A DNA stretch of 64,000 nt from IMG/VR virus record IMGVR_UViG_3300009130_000002; one strand, given 5' to 3'. Position 1 is the first letter of the stretch; every line of letters begins with the position of its first letter. This document shows, one piece after another, positions 18,802-29,091 of the stretch. The notes below the pieces were generated by a model that was not told the origin of the DNA, searched no databases, and worked only from the letters and a program-made list of their open reading frames with translations. Origin of the DNA: a virus. The position numbers were made by a program, and so were the translations under genes.

Positions 18802-20752
18802 CTGCTTCAGTGTTTGTATCGCCTTCTTGCTGTAAGAAGACTGGTTTAATCTTCTTTGCAGCAGCTTCATACTCTTCTCTAGTAATCGGTTGAATAGGGG
18901 CATGTTTATATCCGTGTTCTATAAACGGAAGAAAGCTAATTGATTTCAATTTATGATCATAAAGTTCTAAGATCTTTTTGATATCTTTAGCTTCTTCTGG
19001 TTTAAAGTTTATCGTAACAGATACTTGATTGTCTGCCCAGTAGTGTTGCATCTGTGCAGCAATTTCAACTTGTTCCCAGATGGTTAAGTTCTGTACAGAT
19101 CTAGAAAAGTTTTCTTCCTTAACTGGGAAGTAAACAATTGCTGTTGTCTCTGTTTCCCCTTGTTCTATTCTGTATCCAGCATTTCGAAGCGCCGCAGTGA
19201 TAGCTGAGCCCTTGTCAAATCTAATTGTTCTCCAGTAGTACTCCGAATATGGGAAATGAATTCCATGAGTAGAACCGGGGAGAAGTGATACAGTTCCAGA
19301 TGGTTTAACAGATGTGACTTTAATCGACTCAGGTACACACAACCATCTACTGTAAATCCTGTCCAGATTTCTGATATATTGGTATCCTTCATCGCACCAT
19401 CGAAAATGTTCGCGTATGCCGTGTCTCGTAAATGATTGGGCAACTCCAGACTGAGAAGTCCCAATTCGTCTGTTTCGTAACATAACAGCATTTGTACGTT
19501 CGTTGTGTGTCTTAACGAGAGTAACAGTTTTCGCGTATAGATAGGCAAATTTAAGAGTTCTTTGATACTCGTCAAATGATCCATGTCTTGCGGGGAAAGT
19601 TTCTACTAAGCAGCATAACTCATACGACTCCAGAGATTGTTCGGAACATGGGTTAGCTCCTTCGACTAGCATGTCTTTGTAGTCTGGTGGATCACACATC
19701 CGACCATACTCTCTTGCTGTCTTAAGCCAGAAGTATCCAGGCTCACCATTCTTTGCTGTAATATTAGCAAGATTAGAATAGTTTGAGCCCACGTCAACGA
19801 ATACACTATTGTTGCTTGTCCAACGCCATTTATCAAGCATTTCTTGATTAACTTCTGGATCTTTTAATCTTAAAAATTCCTCATCATTTGCTTCACCAAA
19901 CATAATTTCAGCTGAACGTCTTACATTTCCACTGACTACACACCGACCAATAGCATTAAAGATATCTACAATAGCTGTGCTGTTGATCTGCTCTCCAATG
20001 ATGGGATTAAGAATATCTTGTAAATCCTGGACAAGTCTTTCTAATGGAGCCGGTCCAGAGGAAGTTCCTCCGAATCCCTTGATGGGCTGTCCATAGGGTC
20101 TAATTTGATCGTAGCTGATGTTTGAGGGCAACATACCCTTTCCTACGTAGCTATTAAGAACGTCTCTTATAAGCTCAACCCAGCCCTCTCTGGTGTCTGT
20201 TACGGTGTATAGTTCTTTACCTGGTTTAGGTTTTCGAATTTTTACCTTGCCTACTCCTTTGGTATCACCACCTACACCCACTCCTAGCATGCTCATGTCC
20301 ATGAGAAAGCAGAATGGGTCAGCAAAGTCAGTTGAAAGCGCCTTTGTGCTGACAAAGGAGCAGTTATTTAGACAGGCTCCACCTTTTTTCCATAGGAATT
20401 CCGTTCCCATCATCCATAAGCCCCTTCCGGGGGGTAGAAATTTAAAGTCCCAGATTAATTTAAACATTTCCTGGGCAGATTTCTGTGCTTTATTAGCATT
20501 CCATGGGAGACCTAGCTTCTTACAGTGGTAGCGTTGAATAGTATAGGTTCCTTCTACTACTCTCTTAACTGTTTCCCACCACTCTTCTGATCGATTCTCT
20601 TCTAGGATTGGTCTGGCATATGTTCTTTTGTAAGTAACATATCCAATAGGACCCCAGTCTGGCTGTTGTCCTTCGTATTCTTTCATAAAATTTTCATTTA
20701 AATTAAACTTAGAAGCTGAAAGCTCCTTGGGGGCGAATGCTTGATCTGACAT
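18764..20752 (-). CDS. nrdJ: Class II (adenosylcobalamin-dependent) ribonucleotide reductase, monomeric RTPR type
   Basis: FLPPGRGLW, NNC, GNVRRSA, GANPCSEQ.L...ELC.LVE, TSVKPSGTVS, C-terminal CDSDKC. Confidence 0.95.
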   Translation of the reverse strand: MSDQAFAPKELSASKFNLNENFMKEYEGQQPDWGPIGYVTYKRTYARPILEENRSEEWWETVKRVVEGTYTIQRYHCKKLGLPWNANKAQKSAQEMFKLIWDFKFLPPGRGLWMMGTEFLWKKGGACLNNCSFVSTKALSTDFADPFCFLMDMSMLGVGVGGDTKGVGKVKIRKPKPGKELYTVTDTREGWVELIRDVLNSYVGKGMLPSNISYDQIRPYGQPIKGFGGTSSGPAPLERLVQDLQDILNPIIGEQINSTAIVDIFNAIGRCVVSGNVRRSAEIMFGEANDEEFLRLKDPEVNQEMLDKWRWTSNNSVFVDVGSNYSNLANITAKNGEPGYFWLKTAREYGRMCDPPDYKDMLVEGANPCSEQSLESYELCCLVETFPARHGSFDEYQRTLKFAYLYAKTVTLVKTHNERTNAVMLRNRRIGTSQSGVAQSFTRHGIREHFRWCDEGYQYIRNLDRIYSRWLCVPESIKVTSVKPSGTVSLLPGSTHGIHFPYSEYYWRTIRFDKGSAITAALRNAGYRIEQGETETTAIVYFPVKEENFSRSVQNLTIWEQVEIAAQMQHYWADNQVSVTINFKPEEAKDIKKILELYDHKLKSISFLPFIEHGYKHAPIQPITREEYEAAAKKIKPVFLQQEGDTNTEAGGKYCDSDKCTI

Positions 20753-20753
20753 G

Positions 20754-20975
20754 TTATTCCTCTAGGTCTAAAATTATTTGTTTGAATCTATCAATTCTGG
20801 AGGTATCTGACTTTGAAGATGTTCCTCTGATTCTTGCAGTTGTTCCATCAGAAGTTCTATAAATATAAATAACGTCTTCATTGGGTAGCGTGGAGGAAGT
20901 TACGGATAAAACTTTTGTTCCTAGACTGCTAATGTCTATGTACGAAAAATTATCGTAATCATAATCTCCTGCCAT
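20754..20975 (-). CDS. Hypothetical protein
   Basis: Co-oriented ORF. Confidence 0.55.
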   Translation of the reverse strand: MAGDYDYDNFSYIDISSLGTKVLSVTSSTLPNEDVIYIYRTSDGTTARIRGTSSKSDTSRIDRFKQIILDLEE

Positions 20976-21829
20976 TATACCTCAAAAACATCTGCAAACA
21001 GTTGGCTCACTGGGCTACGTTCACTTTTTATCAGCTCAAGTGAAGCAACAAAGGGGCTCTTTTGGGCACCTTTTGAATTCACAAATTTATAGATGCCTGT
21101 TTTTTCTATTTCAATTTTCTCATCTCTTTGTCCTAGGTCGCCCATGATAACAAGTTTACTGCCCTCTGCAACCCTGGTTCCTAAAGTAACCATCTCATGA
21201 TAGTCAAGAGTTTGTACTTCATCAGCAATAATAAAGGCGTCATGCCATGAAGCTCCTCTAATTAACTGTATAGGAATAAACTCAATTCTATATTGGTGCA
21301 CTAGGTCAACAACTGCATTTGGGTTTCCCCCGAGCATGAACTCTAGGTTACATAAATAGTTCTGTAGATATGGTCTAAACTTTTCATCCACATCTCCAGG
21401 TAATGCACCTAAGCCATGCTTTCCAACCCAGCTCATTGGTCTGGTAAGAATAATTCTTTGATATTTTTCTCTGTCCATTGCCTCTATTGCAGCAGCTAGA
21501 GTCAATAATGTTTTTCCTGTTCCCGCACGTCCTGTCAATGTGACGACTTTAATTTCATCATCAAGGAGCGCATCCATTGCCATACGTTGTTCTTTATTTC
21601 TTGGATAAAGATTTTGACATGAGATATTTACATCAAGAAGAATAAGCTCTCCCTTTTCTACCTTAGCTAAGGCGGAAGAGCTTTGTCCCGTAATATCTTT
21701 ACATACAACGTATAGATTTTCGGGACAGTCTCGGACTTCCTCCCAAAGAGGAATAACTTTATTCTCATATAAAGAATTAATAACAGATTGTTCTACTTCT
21801 AGAACTTTAACACCAGTGTAAGCTTCCAC
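20975..21829 (-). CDS. phoH: PhoH-like ATPase
   Basis: PRN.EQ, GRAGTGKT, RGASW, DEVQ, GD..Q.D. Confidence 0.92.
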   Translation of the reverse strand: MEAYTGVKVLEVEQSVINSLYENKVIPLWEEVRDCPENLYVVCKDITGQSSSALAKVEKGELILLDVNISCQNLYPRNKEQRMAMDALLDDEIKVVTLTGRAGTGKTLLTLAAAIEAMDREKYQRIILTRPMSWVGKHGLGALPGDVDEKFRPYLQNYLCNLEFMLGGNPNAVVDLVHQYRIEFIPIQLIRGASWHDAFIIADEVQTLDYHEMVTLGTRVAEGSKLVIMGDLGQRDEKIEIEKTGIYKFVNSKGAQKSPFVASLELIKSERSPVSQLFADVFEV

Positions 21830-21832
21830 TAG

Positions 21833-22213
21833 TTATTCTTTCCAGCCCTGCTCTTTCAGTAGGGTTTTTATGTCTGGGGGTTGCCAGCCTTCTGGCTTAA
21901 GTAGTTTGCCATCAGCTCTGTTATTTCCAGGGGATTTTGCCATGTTGGTTTTTTGAACTTCCTGCCAGATAGGTTCAATGTCCACCCCTGTTGCAATTGC
22001 GGTACCTAGGAGTACGTAAATAGAATCTGTTATTGCGTCCACGAATGAAGGGAAATCATTCTCTTCACAAGCTTCCTTAAGCTCTAGTACTTCTTCTTCT
22101 ACTAGAGCGATTCGTAATTTCATAGTATCTTCATCAGAAAAACCAGGGTCATCCCCGATTTTTTGTTCAAACTTTTTGTGGAACTGTTCCACGTCCTGTT
22201 GCCAGTTATTCAT
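21833..22213 (-). CDS. MazG-like NTP pyrophosphohydrolase (PRA-PH/DR2231 type)
   Basis: V..FH..F, EE..EL, DAITD..YV..G, V...NM.K, DGK.LKP..W..PD. Confidence 0.85.
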   Translation of the reverse strand: MNNWQQDVEQFHKKFEQKIGDDPGFSDEDTMKLRIALVEEEVLELKEACEENDFPSFVDAITDSIYVLLGTAIATGVDIEPIWQEVQKTNMAKSPGNNRADGKLLKPEGWQPPDIKTLLKEQGWKE

Positions 22214-22222
22214 TATCTATCC

Positions 22223-22429
22223 TTAGAGATCTAATAAGTTTTTTTCAATTGCCTCTTCAAGCCAAGCTTGAAATCTTTTATTGGACCATCTCTTTAGTCC
22301 TTGTTCTTTTTTAAACCAGATTTGAAATTCATCAGGAATATCTAAAACCATTTCTGATGTTCCGTCGTCTAGTTCTTTTACTTCAACAATTTTCAAAGTA
22401 AACATTGGTGAATCTTTAGATTTTGTCAT
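22223..22429 (-). CDS. Hypothetical protein
   Basis: Co-oriented ORF; start moved to MTKS. Confidence 0.55.
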   Translation of the reverse strand: MTKSKDSPMFTLKIVEVKELDDGTSEMVLDIPDEFQIWFKKEQGLKRWSNKRFQAWLEEAIEKNLLDL

Positions 22430-22814
22430 CACAGCCGTCCTCGATGTCATTAATAATTGCCTCCCATCTCTTTAAAGATTTATTAGTATTATCTTCGCTA
22501 AAATAGGATAGGTAAATAGAAACTTCTCCTATTTTACCTGGCAAATAAATCTCTAACATTCCAGTTGCTTTTAGCTCTGTAATTTTTTGAATAGGGCTGT
22601 AAGCACATGTTTTATGTTCTATGTCTAGAGATTTCATCTCCCAGAAAGCGATTTGATTTTCTATTACCTTTAAATAGTCTAAGTAGCCTTGAAATTCAAG
22701 CATTAATAAGGGTCGCATAGAACCTGTATAGCTAAGTAAGCCATTACATATCTCTGCCCACTTACCTTTAATTCTTTGAACAATCTTAAGTTCTTCTTGA
22801 TTCAAGTGTCTCAT
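22416..22814 (-). CDS. Hypothetical protein
   Basis: Co-oriented, overlapping neighbours. Confidence 0.6.
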   Translation of the reverse strand: MRHLNQEELKIVQRIKGKWAEICNGLLSYTGSMRPLLMLEFQGYLDYLKVIENQIAFWEMKSLDIEHKTCAYSPIQKITELKATGMLEIYLPGKIGEVSIYLSYFSEDNTNKSLKRWEAIINDIEDGCDDKI

Positions 22815-23946
22815 CGTTTGAGTGAGGCCATTCTACGAAGCTAAAGCCCCAGATAGGCTCCTCAGGTGTTACAAAGAAGTAACCCTGTCTAGCTGTATCC
22901 TCCTTGCCCATTTGTTCTGCGAGATCGTCAGGACCACACATGCAGCCATTACACATCACAAAACGTCCGAGCCAGTTTCCTACATGCCACTCATGCCAAT
23001 GACCATGAACCATAAAATCAAATTGCTTGCCAGCTATCCATCCAGCAACCTTTTCTCTCATATTGGAGGTTCCTGTATGTTTTACTCCATGGTGATTAGC
23101 CATTCCAATTCTATCTTTAACTAAGAAGGTTCGGAATGTATCAAAGTTGCAATTCATAATGATTTTATCATCATTATATTTTTTTGCTATCATGCTGACA
23201 ATCATATAGACAACATTATCCCAGTTTGTTTTTTCATTGGCAGTCTTACTAACTCTACCATGATTTCCAGGAACTGTTTCTATTCTAACTACAGTATCAG
23301 GGAATAAAGCTCTAAACTTTAATATCATTTCCCAAGTAGATTCTGCACAAACCTGAGTTTGTTCAATTGCAGAGCATTCAATATGATTGTTTTGTGTAGG
23401 GTAAATGTCTTCACCTTCAACCAGATCTCCTGCTAAAATAACTACGATTTCATCTAAGTCATTAAGTTTACTTGTTTTTAGCTTTAAATTATCTGGAATA
23501 CTAAGTAATCTTTTCTTAGCCTCTTCCATATTAAACCACTTAGTATGTTTACCAAAATGAAGGTCAGAAAGTACCAAACATAGAGAAGTCCCATTAGTTT
23601 GGGGAGGAATTTTGTGAGTTAAAGTAGTGTATTCTGTTTGAGCTAAATCAACTAAGCCTTCCAGCCATAGCCTTGCTTTCTCTTTATTTTCTTTTTTCTT
23701 TTGAGCTAAGTCTGTCTGTCCTAATAAAGAACCTGGATTTAGTAATGTTTCAATATTATTTTCAAAGTCATCCTCATCAGGTTCGTTTGAGTAAGCATCT
23801 CTTAGTTTTTTAATTTTCTTTTGTAAAGAGTCGTAGGTTCTTTGTGAAGAACCAAAGTAATTACAAAATTCTAAGTAAGCTTCTTTAGTGCTAAGCTCTA
23901 AGCATTGAGATAAAATTTCTATCTCTTGATCTGTCCAATGTTTCAT
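22786..23946 (-). CDS. Calcineurin-like metallophosphoesterase with N-terminal HTH
   Basis: SDLHFG, GDLVEG, GNHGR, NHHG, GHWH. Confidence 0.88.
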   Translation of the reverse strand: MKHWTDQEIEILSQCLELSTKEAYLEFCNYFGSSQRTYDSLQKKIKKLRDAYSNEPDEDDFENNIETLLNPGSLLGQTDLAQKKKENKEKARLWLEGLVDLAQTEYTTLTHKIPPQTNGTSLCLVLSDLHFGKHTKWFNMEEAKKRLLSIPDNLKLKTSKLNDLDEIVVILAGDLVEGEDIYPTQNNHIECSAIEQTQVCAESTWEMILKFRALFPDTVVRIETVPGNHGRVSKTANEKTNWDNVVYMIVSMIAKKYNDDKIIMNCNFDTFRTFLVKDRIGMANHHGVKHTGTSNMREKVAGWIAGKQFDFMVHGHWHEWHVGNWLGRFVMCNGCMCGPDDLAEQMGKEDTARQGYFFVTPEEPIWGFSFVEWPHSNDETLESRRT

Positions 23947-24131
23947 GAGGATTCCTTTGCCTTTTCATCATCATTAGAAGGTTCAGGAAGTCCTTTGTGG
24001 ATACAGTATCCAGCACCTGCAAGAATAAATAATGGCCAAGCATGTATAAATAAATATAAAATGCCTACCCCAATTGAAATTCCAATTCCTAATGAGATTA
24101 AGTTAAAATTAAAGTTATTGTCTTTGTCCAT
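23943..24131 (-). CDS. Small membrane protein
   Basis: Two hydrophobic segments. Confidence 0.6.
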   Translation of the reverse strand: MDKDNNFNFNLISLGIGISIGVGILYLFIHAWPLFILAGAGYCIHKGLPEPSNDDEKAKESS

Positions 24132-26754
24132 TTTTTATATGGTCCAGTTTAGTTATAAAGTTTTCAATATTATCAATTGCAAAAGAATACAAGGGGTTGA
24201 ATTTTGTTTTGTCTTTAGCAATAAACGTTAAACAAACTTCACTTGTTGAGCCTTTATATTCCTTTACTAAATTGATAATTTTTTCCATATGTTCAATTGG
24301 GCATTCAATAACTGTTTTGCTTGCAGTGTCTAATGATTCTAACTCTAATGGTTGTATTTTTTCAATGATAAATTTAGTTATTTTTTCATTTTCTGTACTA
24401 GTAACCTCTGTTGAGCCAATAAAGACCAAGGGTACACCTTCTTGTAAGTGCTCCTTGCATCTTGTATAGTTCCGAGGAAAACAGACTGCTTCAATACTTC
24501 CCGTAAGATCTTCTAAAACAAAAAAGGCCATTTGTTTTTTAGATTTAGTTGTAATCTCTTTTATATTTGTAATTACTGCACCAAGATTAACTTTAATTTT
24601 GCCGGTAAATTCTTTTAAAGAATCTATACTAAAGAAATTTTTAGAATAATTTTTTGGATCAAAATTTCCAAGAGGATGATTTGTTATATAAAACCCAAGT
24701 AACTCATATTCAGCTTGATATAATTCTTTTTCACTTAGCTCTGGAAGACAATTAATTTCTGGAAACTCAGGTTCTTCTGGCATAACTGGAAGCTTAAAGG
24801 GCTTTAATGTTTTGCCTTTATCAGATAGTATTCCATTCTCAATATCATTTAGACGTTTATTAAATGCCTCTAATTTACGATGATAGGTCTCCATTTTTCT
24901 TTCATAGGATTTTTGATTTTTTCTGTAATCCCAGACAAGAGTAATGGCCTCTAACAAAGAGGCTCTACTTCTACCTAAAGAGTCGAAACAACCTGACTTA
25001 ACTAATGATTCAATTTTTAGCTTGTTGATAACAGAAAGGTCTACTCGCTGAGAGAAATCTTCAAAGTTTTTAAAAGGATTCCCTTCTCTCTCCTGCATGA
25101 TTGTGGCAACGGGAGTTTCTCCGAGGTTCTTAATGGGGCTTAATCCAAAGCGAATGTTATCATCACCATCAACATAAAATAAATTTTTACTTTTATTGAT
25201 ATCTGGAGGCAGAACATTAATCCCTATGCGACGACACTCTGCCAAGCACTTAATCATCTCATCTCTGTTGCCAGATTCAGAGATCATTACTGCACACATA
25301 AATTCTCTTGGATAATGAGTCTTTAACCATGCAGTTTGATATGTAATGTAAGCATAAGCTGCAGCGTGACTCTTATTAAATGCATAGTCACTAAAGGCAA
25401 CGATATCATCCCAGATTTTATTAGCCTTATCTAGTGGATAACCGTTAGCTTCCCAGCCTTTTTTAAAGGCTTCTTCTTGTTCTTTAAGGGTGTCGGTTTC
25501 TTTTTTTCCGATGGCACGTCTGAGAAGATCAGCATCGGCCATACTAAAACCAGCAAGCTGTTTAACAATTTCAAGGACTTGCTCCTGATAAATAATCCAT
25601 CCAGCTGTAGGTTGTAGAATGGGTTCTAGTTCTGGAATTAAATATTTTGGCTCACTATTGCCTGCTCTAATATCAAGATAGGTTTCTTTATAATCAGATC
25701 CTAAAGGACCAGGACGATAAATAGCAACCAAGGCAATAAGATCTTCAAGACAATCCGGTCTAATCTGAACAAGAAGGTCTCTCATACCAGAGCTTGCTTC
25801 TAATTGGAAGACTCCAGTTGCATTACCTTGCCTTAGGTTCTTGTAAGTTTCAGGATCGTTGAGATCAATAGAATCAATAGTAAAATCTCCCACGTTGTCA
25901 TGTCGTTCCTTAATTAAATCAACACATCTGTGGATTTTACTTAGAGCATCTAGTCCTAGGAAATCAAACTTGATCAGACCATACTGTTCAATGTTTTTCA
26001 TTTCCCACTGAGTGGTTACTTCTCCACTCCTACCTAAGAATAGAGGTACAGTATTGTGCAAGGAATCATTTGAGATAACAATTCCAGATGCATGTACCCC
26101 GGAACTGGAGATAATATCTTCCAGCTTACAAGCCCAGCGTAATGTTTCACCTTCAGGTCCATTTGATTTACTATATTGTCCTAATTTTTTAACTTTTTCA
26201 ATTGAAGTTTCTAATTTTTGTGGCTTACCATGAATAGGTTCTAGCAATAATCTAGAAAGCTCATCACCTACAGAGTAAGGATGTCCTAATGTTCTTGCAA
26301 CATTTCTTACCGCAGCCTTGGCTCTTTGTAAATTAAATGTTCCAATGTGGGCAACACGGTCGTCACCATATTTTTGAGTAACATAATCTATAACCCTATC
26401 TCGATATCGTTTCTCGAAATCAACATCAATATCAGGCATAGATAAACGAGCAGGATTTAGAAAACGTTCGAAAATTAACCCGAGTTTTATAGGGTCTAAG
26501 TTTGTAATCCCCAAACAATAACAACAGAGACTACCAGCTCCTGATCCTCGACCAGGACCAACATAGATATCGTTTTCTTTTGCCCAGTTAATAAAGTCTT
26601 GAACAATTAGGAAGTATCCAGAGTACCCCATCTTATGAATGACAGAGATCTCATAATTCAACCTATCTATATACTCTTGATCTGTATGTAAATTTTTATT
26701 TTTTAATCCGCTTAAGCATTTGAATTTAAAATAGTTATCAAGAGTTCTCCCCAT
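24115..26754 (-). CDS. dnaE: DNA polymerase III alpha (DnaE-type), polymerase core + OB fold, lacking the PHP domain
   Basis: YFLIVQDF, GPGRGSGAGSL, FERFLNP.R.SMPDIDVDF, KFDFLGL, FNKSHAAAY, LEDLTG. Confidence 0.95.
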   Translation of the reverse strand: MGRTLDNYFKFKCLSGLKNKNLHTDQEYIDRLNYEISVIHKMGYSGYFLIVQDFINWAKENDIYVGPGRGSGAGSLCCYCLGITNLDPIKLGLIFERFLNPARLSMPDIDVDFEKRYRDRVIDYVTQKYGDDRVAHIGTFNLQRAKAAVRNVARTLGHPYSVGDELSRLLLEPIHGKPQKLETSIEKVKKLGQYSKSNGPEGETLRWACKLEDIISSSGVHASGIVISNDSLHNTVPLFLGRSGEVTTQWEMKNIEQYGLIKFDFLGLDALSKIHRCVDLIKERHDNVGDFTIDSIDLNDPETYKNLRQGNATGVFQLEASSGMRDLLVQIRPDCLEDLIALVAIYRPGPLGSDYKETYLDIRAGNSEPKYLIPELEPILQPTAGWIIYQEQVLEIVKQLAGFSMADADLLRRAIGKKETDTLKEQEEAFKKGWEANGYPLDKANKIWDDIVAFSDYAFNKSHAAAYAYITYQTAWLKTHYPREFMCAVMISESGNRDEMIKCLAECRRIGINVLPPDINKSKNLFYVDGDDNIRFGLSPIKNLGETPVATIMQEREGNPFKNFEDFSQRVDLSVINKLKIESLVKSGCFDSLGRSRASLLEAITLVWDYRKNQKSYERKMETYHRKLEAFNKRLNDIENGILSDKGKTLKPFKLPVMPEEPEFPEINCLPELSEKELYQAEYELLGFYITNHPLGNFDPKNYSKNFFSIDSLKEFTGKIKVNLGAVITNIKEITTKSKKQMAFFVLEDLTGSIEAVCFPRNYTRCKEHLQEGVPLVFIGSTEVTSTENEKITKFIIEKIQPLELESLDTASKTVIECPIEHMEKIINLVKEYKGSTSEVCLTFIAKDKTKFNPLYSFAIDNIENFITKLDHIKNGQRQ

Positions 26755-27226
26755 GTCTTTTTCTTTCTAGCTCCTCTAGGAACCAGTTACGCATCCAGGT
26801 TTTGGGCCAAGGATATAAATAATGTTTTGATAGTAATTTTACAACCCAATCAACATCTGTTTCGTTTTCAATGTTGGCTTCAAGATAAGCTTCTCGTTCA
26901 AATTTCCACCGAAAATAAGAGAACAAGAACGGCAAGGGACATAATAAGTATAAAAATAAGTATAGCGGAACTCCATATTGATTATATTGTTTTACATGTA
27001 CCATCTCATGCTTAACTATCTTGTAGTGTCTAATAGATAGTGGAGACTTAACTCCTGTTGGATAGTAAATCTTATTACCAATTGTAGTCCAAAGATTTGT
27101 CATAAATGCAGGATAAATCAAGCCGATAATTCGCATTAACAAAGAATTCTTCTTATTGATAAACTCTACATCTTCATCAATATATCCACCAAATCCCTTT
27201 TTAACTCGTAAGGTCACTCTGCGCAT
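26738..27226 (-). CDS. HExxH Zn-metallopeptidase-like protein lying between the two dnaE halves
   Basis: KHEMVHVKQY...FEREAY; TM-like segment; start at MRRV after AAAGGGA. Confidence 0.65.
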   Translation of the reverse strand: MRRVTLRVKKGFGGYIDEDVEFINKKNSLLMRIIGLIYPAFMTNLWTTIGNKIYYPTGVKSPLSIRHYKIVKHEMVHVKQYNQYGVPLYLFLYLLCPLPFLFSYFRWKFEREAYLEANIENETDVDWVVKLLSKHYLYPWPKTWMRNWFLEELERKRHGENS

Positions 27227-28241
27227 TCCCTTTACTCCATTCTCTAAATTGTTCATAGTCTGGTTCTTTAGTGATATCAAAATAAGGCATCTGATATTCT
27301 CCTAAAGTAATATTCAGGTTGCACATCTTAGGAATCTCTAAGGTATTATAAAAAGATTCCTCTGAACCTATTTTTTGAGCGGCTTCAAGCATTTCTTCAG
27401 GAGATCTGAGGTAAACACCGTCACCATATACATCAGTTTTATTACACCCATCTTCGTCACCTTCATACTCATCAAGAGTCTTTTTAAACTGCTGTGCCAT
27501 GATTAAATTGTGTGCTCGCTTGTCTTCCTTTGTTAAGAAGTGAGCATCAGCAGTAATAACAAGAGGAATATTTTCTGTTTTAGATGTTTTAATTGCCCAG
27601 TTATTAAATTTTTGCTGAGCTGGCATAATATTATCTTGTATTTCTAGGTACAATCTCCCATCAAAGATATCATAAAGCTTATTTAGTCTTTTTAAGGCAA
27701 ATTCTTGATAATCATAAGGTTTTAGTTTTTCATTAACATAATTTTGCATTGCTAAATCGTATTCTTCTTGAGATAACCCTTTTCTTGTGGGTTTTTTAGG
27801 GAATCCCTTCTTTGCAATGACTCCTCCGAGACAAGCAGTCGTAGCAACAATGCCTTCAGCTCTTGTTTCGAAATGCTTTTCCCAAATTCGTGGTTTATAA
27901 TAAAAATTATGTAAATTTGCTTGGTTTGTCATCCAAATAAGATTCTCAAAACCTTTTTCATTCATGGCTATGAGAATCATATGGTTGTTGTCTTTAGTTT
28001 TGACTTCAGAGTCGTCAGGATCTTCTGTGACGTAAGCTTCGACACCAACTAAGGGGTTGATTCCATATTTCTTTGCATGTTTGTAGAACTCAATAGAGCC
28101 GTGCATAACACCATGATCAGTAAGAGCACAAGAACTCATGCCTAATTCGACTACTCTTTGACAGAGCTTGTCAATTTTATTTAAACCATCAAGGATACTG
28201 TATTCTGAATGAACATGTAGGTGACAAAAGTCTTGAGACAT
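27201..28241 (-). CDS. dnaE: DnaE N-terminal PHP domain encoded as a separate gene
   Basis: HLHVHSEYSILDG, TDHG, GVEAY, H, TACLGG, DAH; start at MSQD by TAATG coupling. Confidence 0.92.
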   Translation of the reverse strand: MSQDFCHLHVHSEYSILDGLNKIDKLCQRVVELGMSSCALTDHGVMHGSIEFYKHAKKYGINPLVGVEAYVTEDPDDSEVKTKDNNHMILIAMNEKGFENLIWMTNQANLHNFYYKPRIWEKHFETRAEGIVATTACLGGVIAKKGFPKKPTRKGLSQEEYDLAMQNYVNEKLKPYDYQEFALKRLNKLYDIFDGRLYLEIQDNIMPAQQKFNNWAIKTSKTENIPLVITADAHFLTKEDKRAHNLIMAQQFKKTLDEYEGDEDGCNKTDVYGDGVYLRSPEEMLEAAQKIGSEESFYNTLEIPKMCNLNITLGEYQMPYFDITKEPDYEQFREWSKGNAQSDLTS

Positions 28242-28477
28242 TACTTCTTTTTTTCTTTCTTTTCTATTGCTGCATAGTGAACCTGTATAGTTACTTCGCA
28301 AGCAAGTTTCCATAGATCCTCATAAGAGGAAACAGCATAGCCTAAAGGAATGTAGGTGGTTTCACTTGTAAATTGTACAAGTAGTAAAGTTCCATCCTCT
28401 TTTCTCACTATACTTATGTTGTATTTAGATAATAAACTAGCCATGCCTAGCTGGCTATAAAGCGCATCATCCCCCAT
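28241..28477 (-). CDS. Hypothetical protein
   Basis: Stop overlaps the PHP-gene start. Confidence 0.55.
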   Translation of the reverse strand: MGDDALYSQLGMASLLSKYNISIVRKEDGTLLLVQFTSETTYIPLGYAVSSYEDLWKLACEVTIQVHYAAIEKKEKKK

Positions 28478-28504
28478 GATGTCATTGTATCATGGTTTAT
28501 TTAA

Positions 28505-28855
28505 TTAACTATCTTCTAGTAGATCACAGTATCTATTTTTCCAGACTTCCCTATCTTTCTTTGGTTCATCTGTTATTAACTTTAAAGTTTTTCCTAAATT
28601 CATTTCTTGGGAAAGATGGAGGAAGGTGCTTTCAGCTAGCTCCACCTTATCTCCCCAATTATATTCTTCATCAAGATGTTTTATCCATTTTTTAATGTGT
28701 GCTGTTGTTGTTCTGGAATATTTTTTCTGCGTAACATATATGGTTCCAACTTCTTCATCGTATGCAGCTACTGGAGTATCATATGAATAGAATAAATGAA
28801 AATCCTTAGAGATTATCTCTGTTTCATTGTTGCCATGTTTCTTAATCATGTCCAC
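28505..28855 (-). CDS. Hypothetical phage protein
   Basis: YSYDTPVA...YSRTTT.HI motif common in phage proteins. Confidence 0.65.
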   Translation of the reverse strand: MDMIKKHGNNETEIISKDFHLFYSYDTPVAAYDEEVGTIYVTQKKYSRTTTAHIKKWIKHLDEEYNWGDKVELAESTFLHLSQEMNLGKTLKLITDEPKKDREVWKNRYCDLLEDS

Positions 28856-28867
28856 TTTCTTTCTTTA

Positions 28868-29089
28868 TCAGGTCTCAAACACACTGTCCAATTCATTAAT
28901 TAATACTAAGTACACTTCAGTCTTTGAATAGCCATTATCAGATAGCTCCTTAAGATATTTTCTAAATTCATAAGGCAGACTGGAATGAATAAATAACCTG
29001 CGTGAGAATCGTGTTCCTACTTCGCCAGCTTTAGCATTATAATCATCGATATTGCCACGATAATCTCGGATAGGTTCGCAATTGTCCAT
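28868..29089 (-). CDS. Hypothetical protein
   Basis: Co-oriented ORF. Confidence 0.55.
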   Translation of the reverse strand: MDNCEPIRDYRGNIDDYNAKAGEVGTRFSRRLFIHSSLPYEFRKYLKELSDNGYSKTEVYLVLINELDSVFET

Positions 29090-29091
29090 GA

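Noticed and set aside
26738-27226. Split intein or group I intron interrupting dnaE
   Set aside because: No Cys/Ser-initiated intein N-part, no His-Asn C-end and no homing endonuclease motifs; both halves have their own start and stop, and the insert is fully coding.
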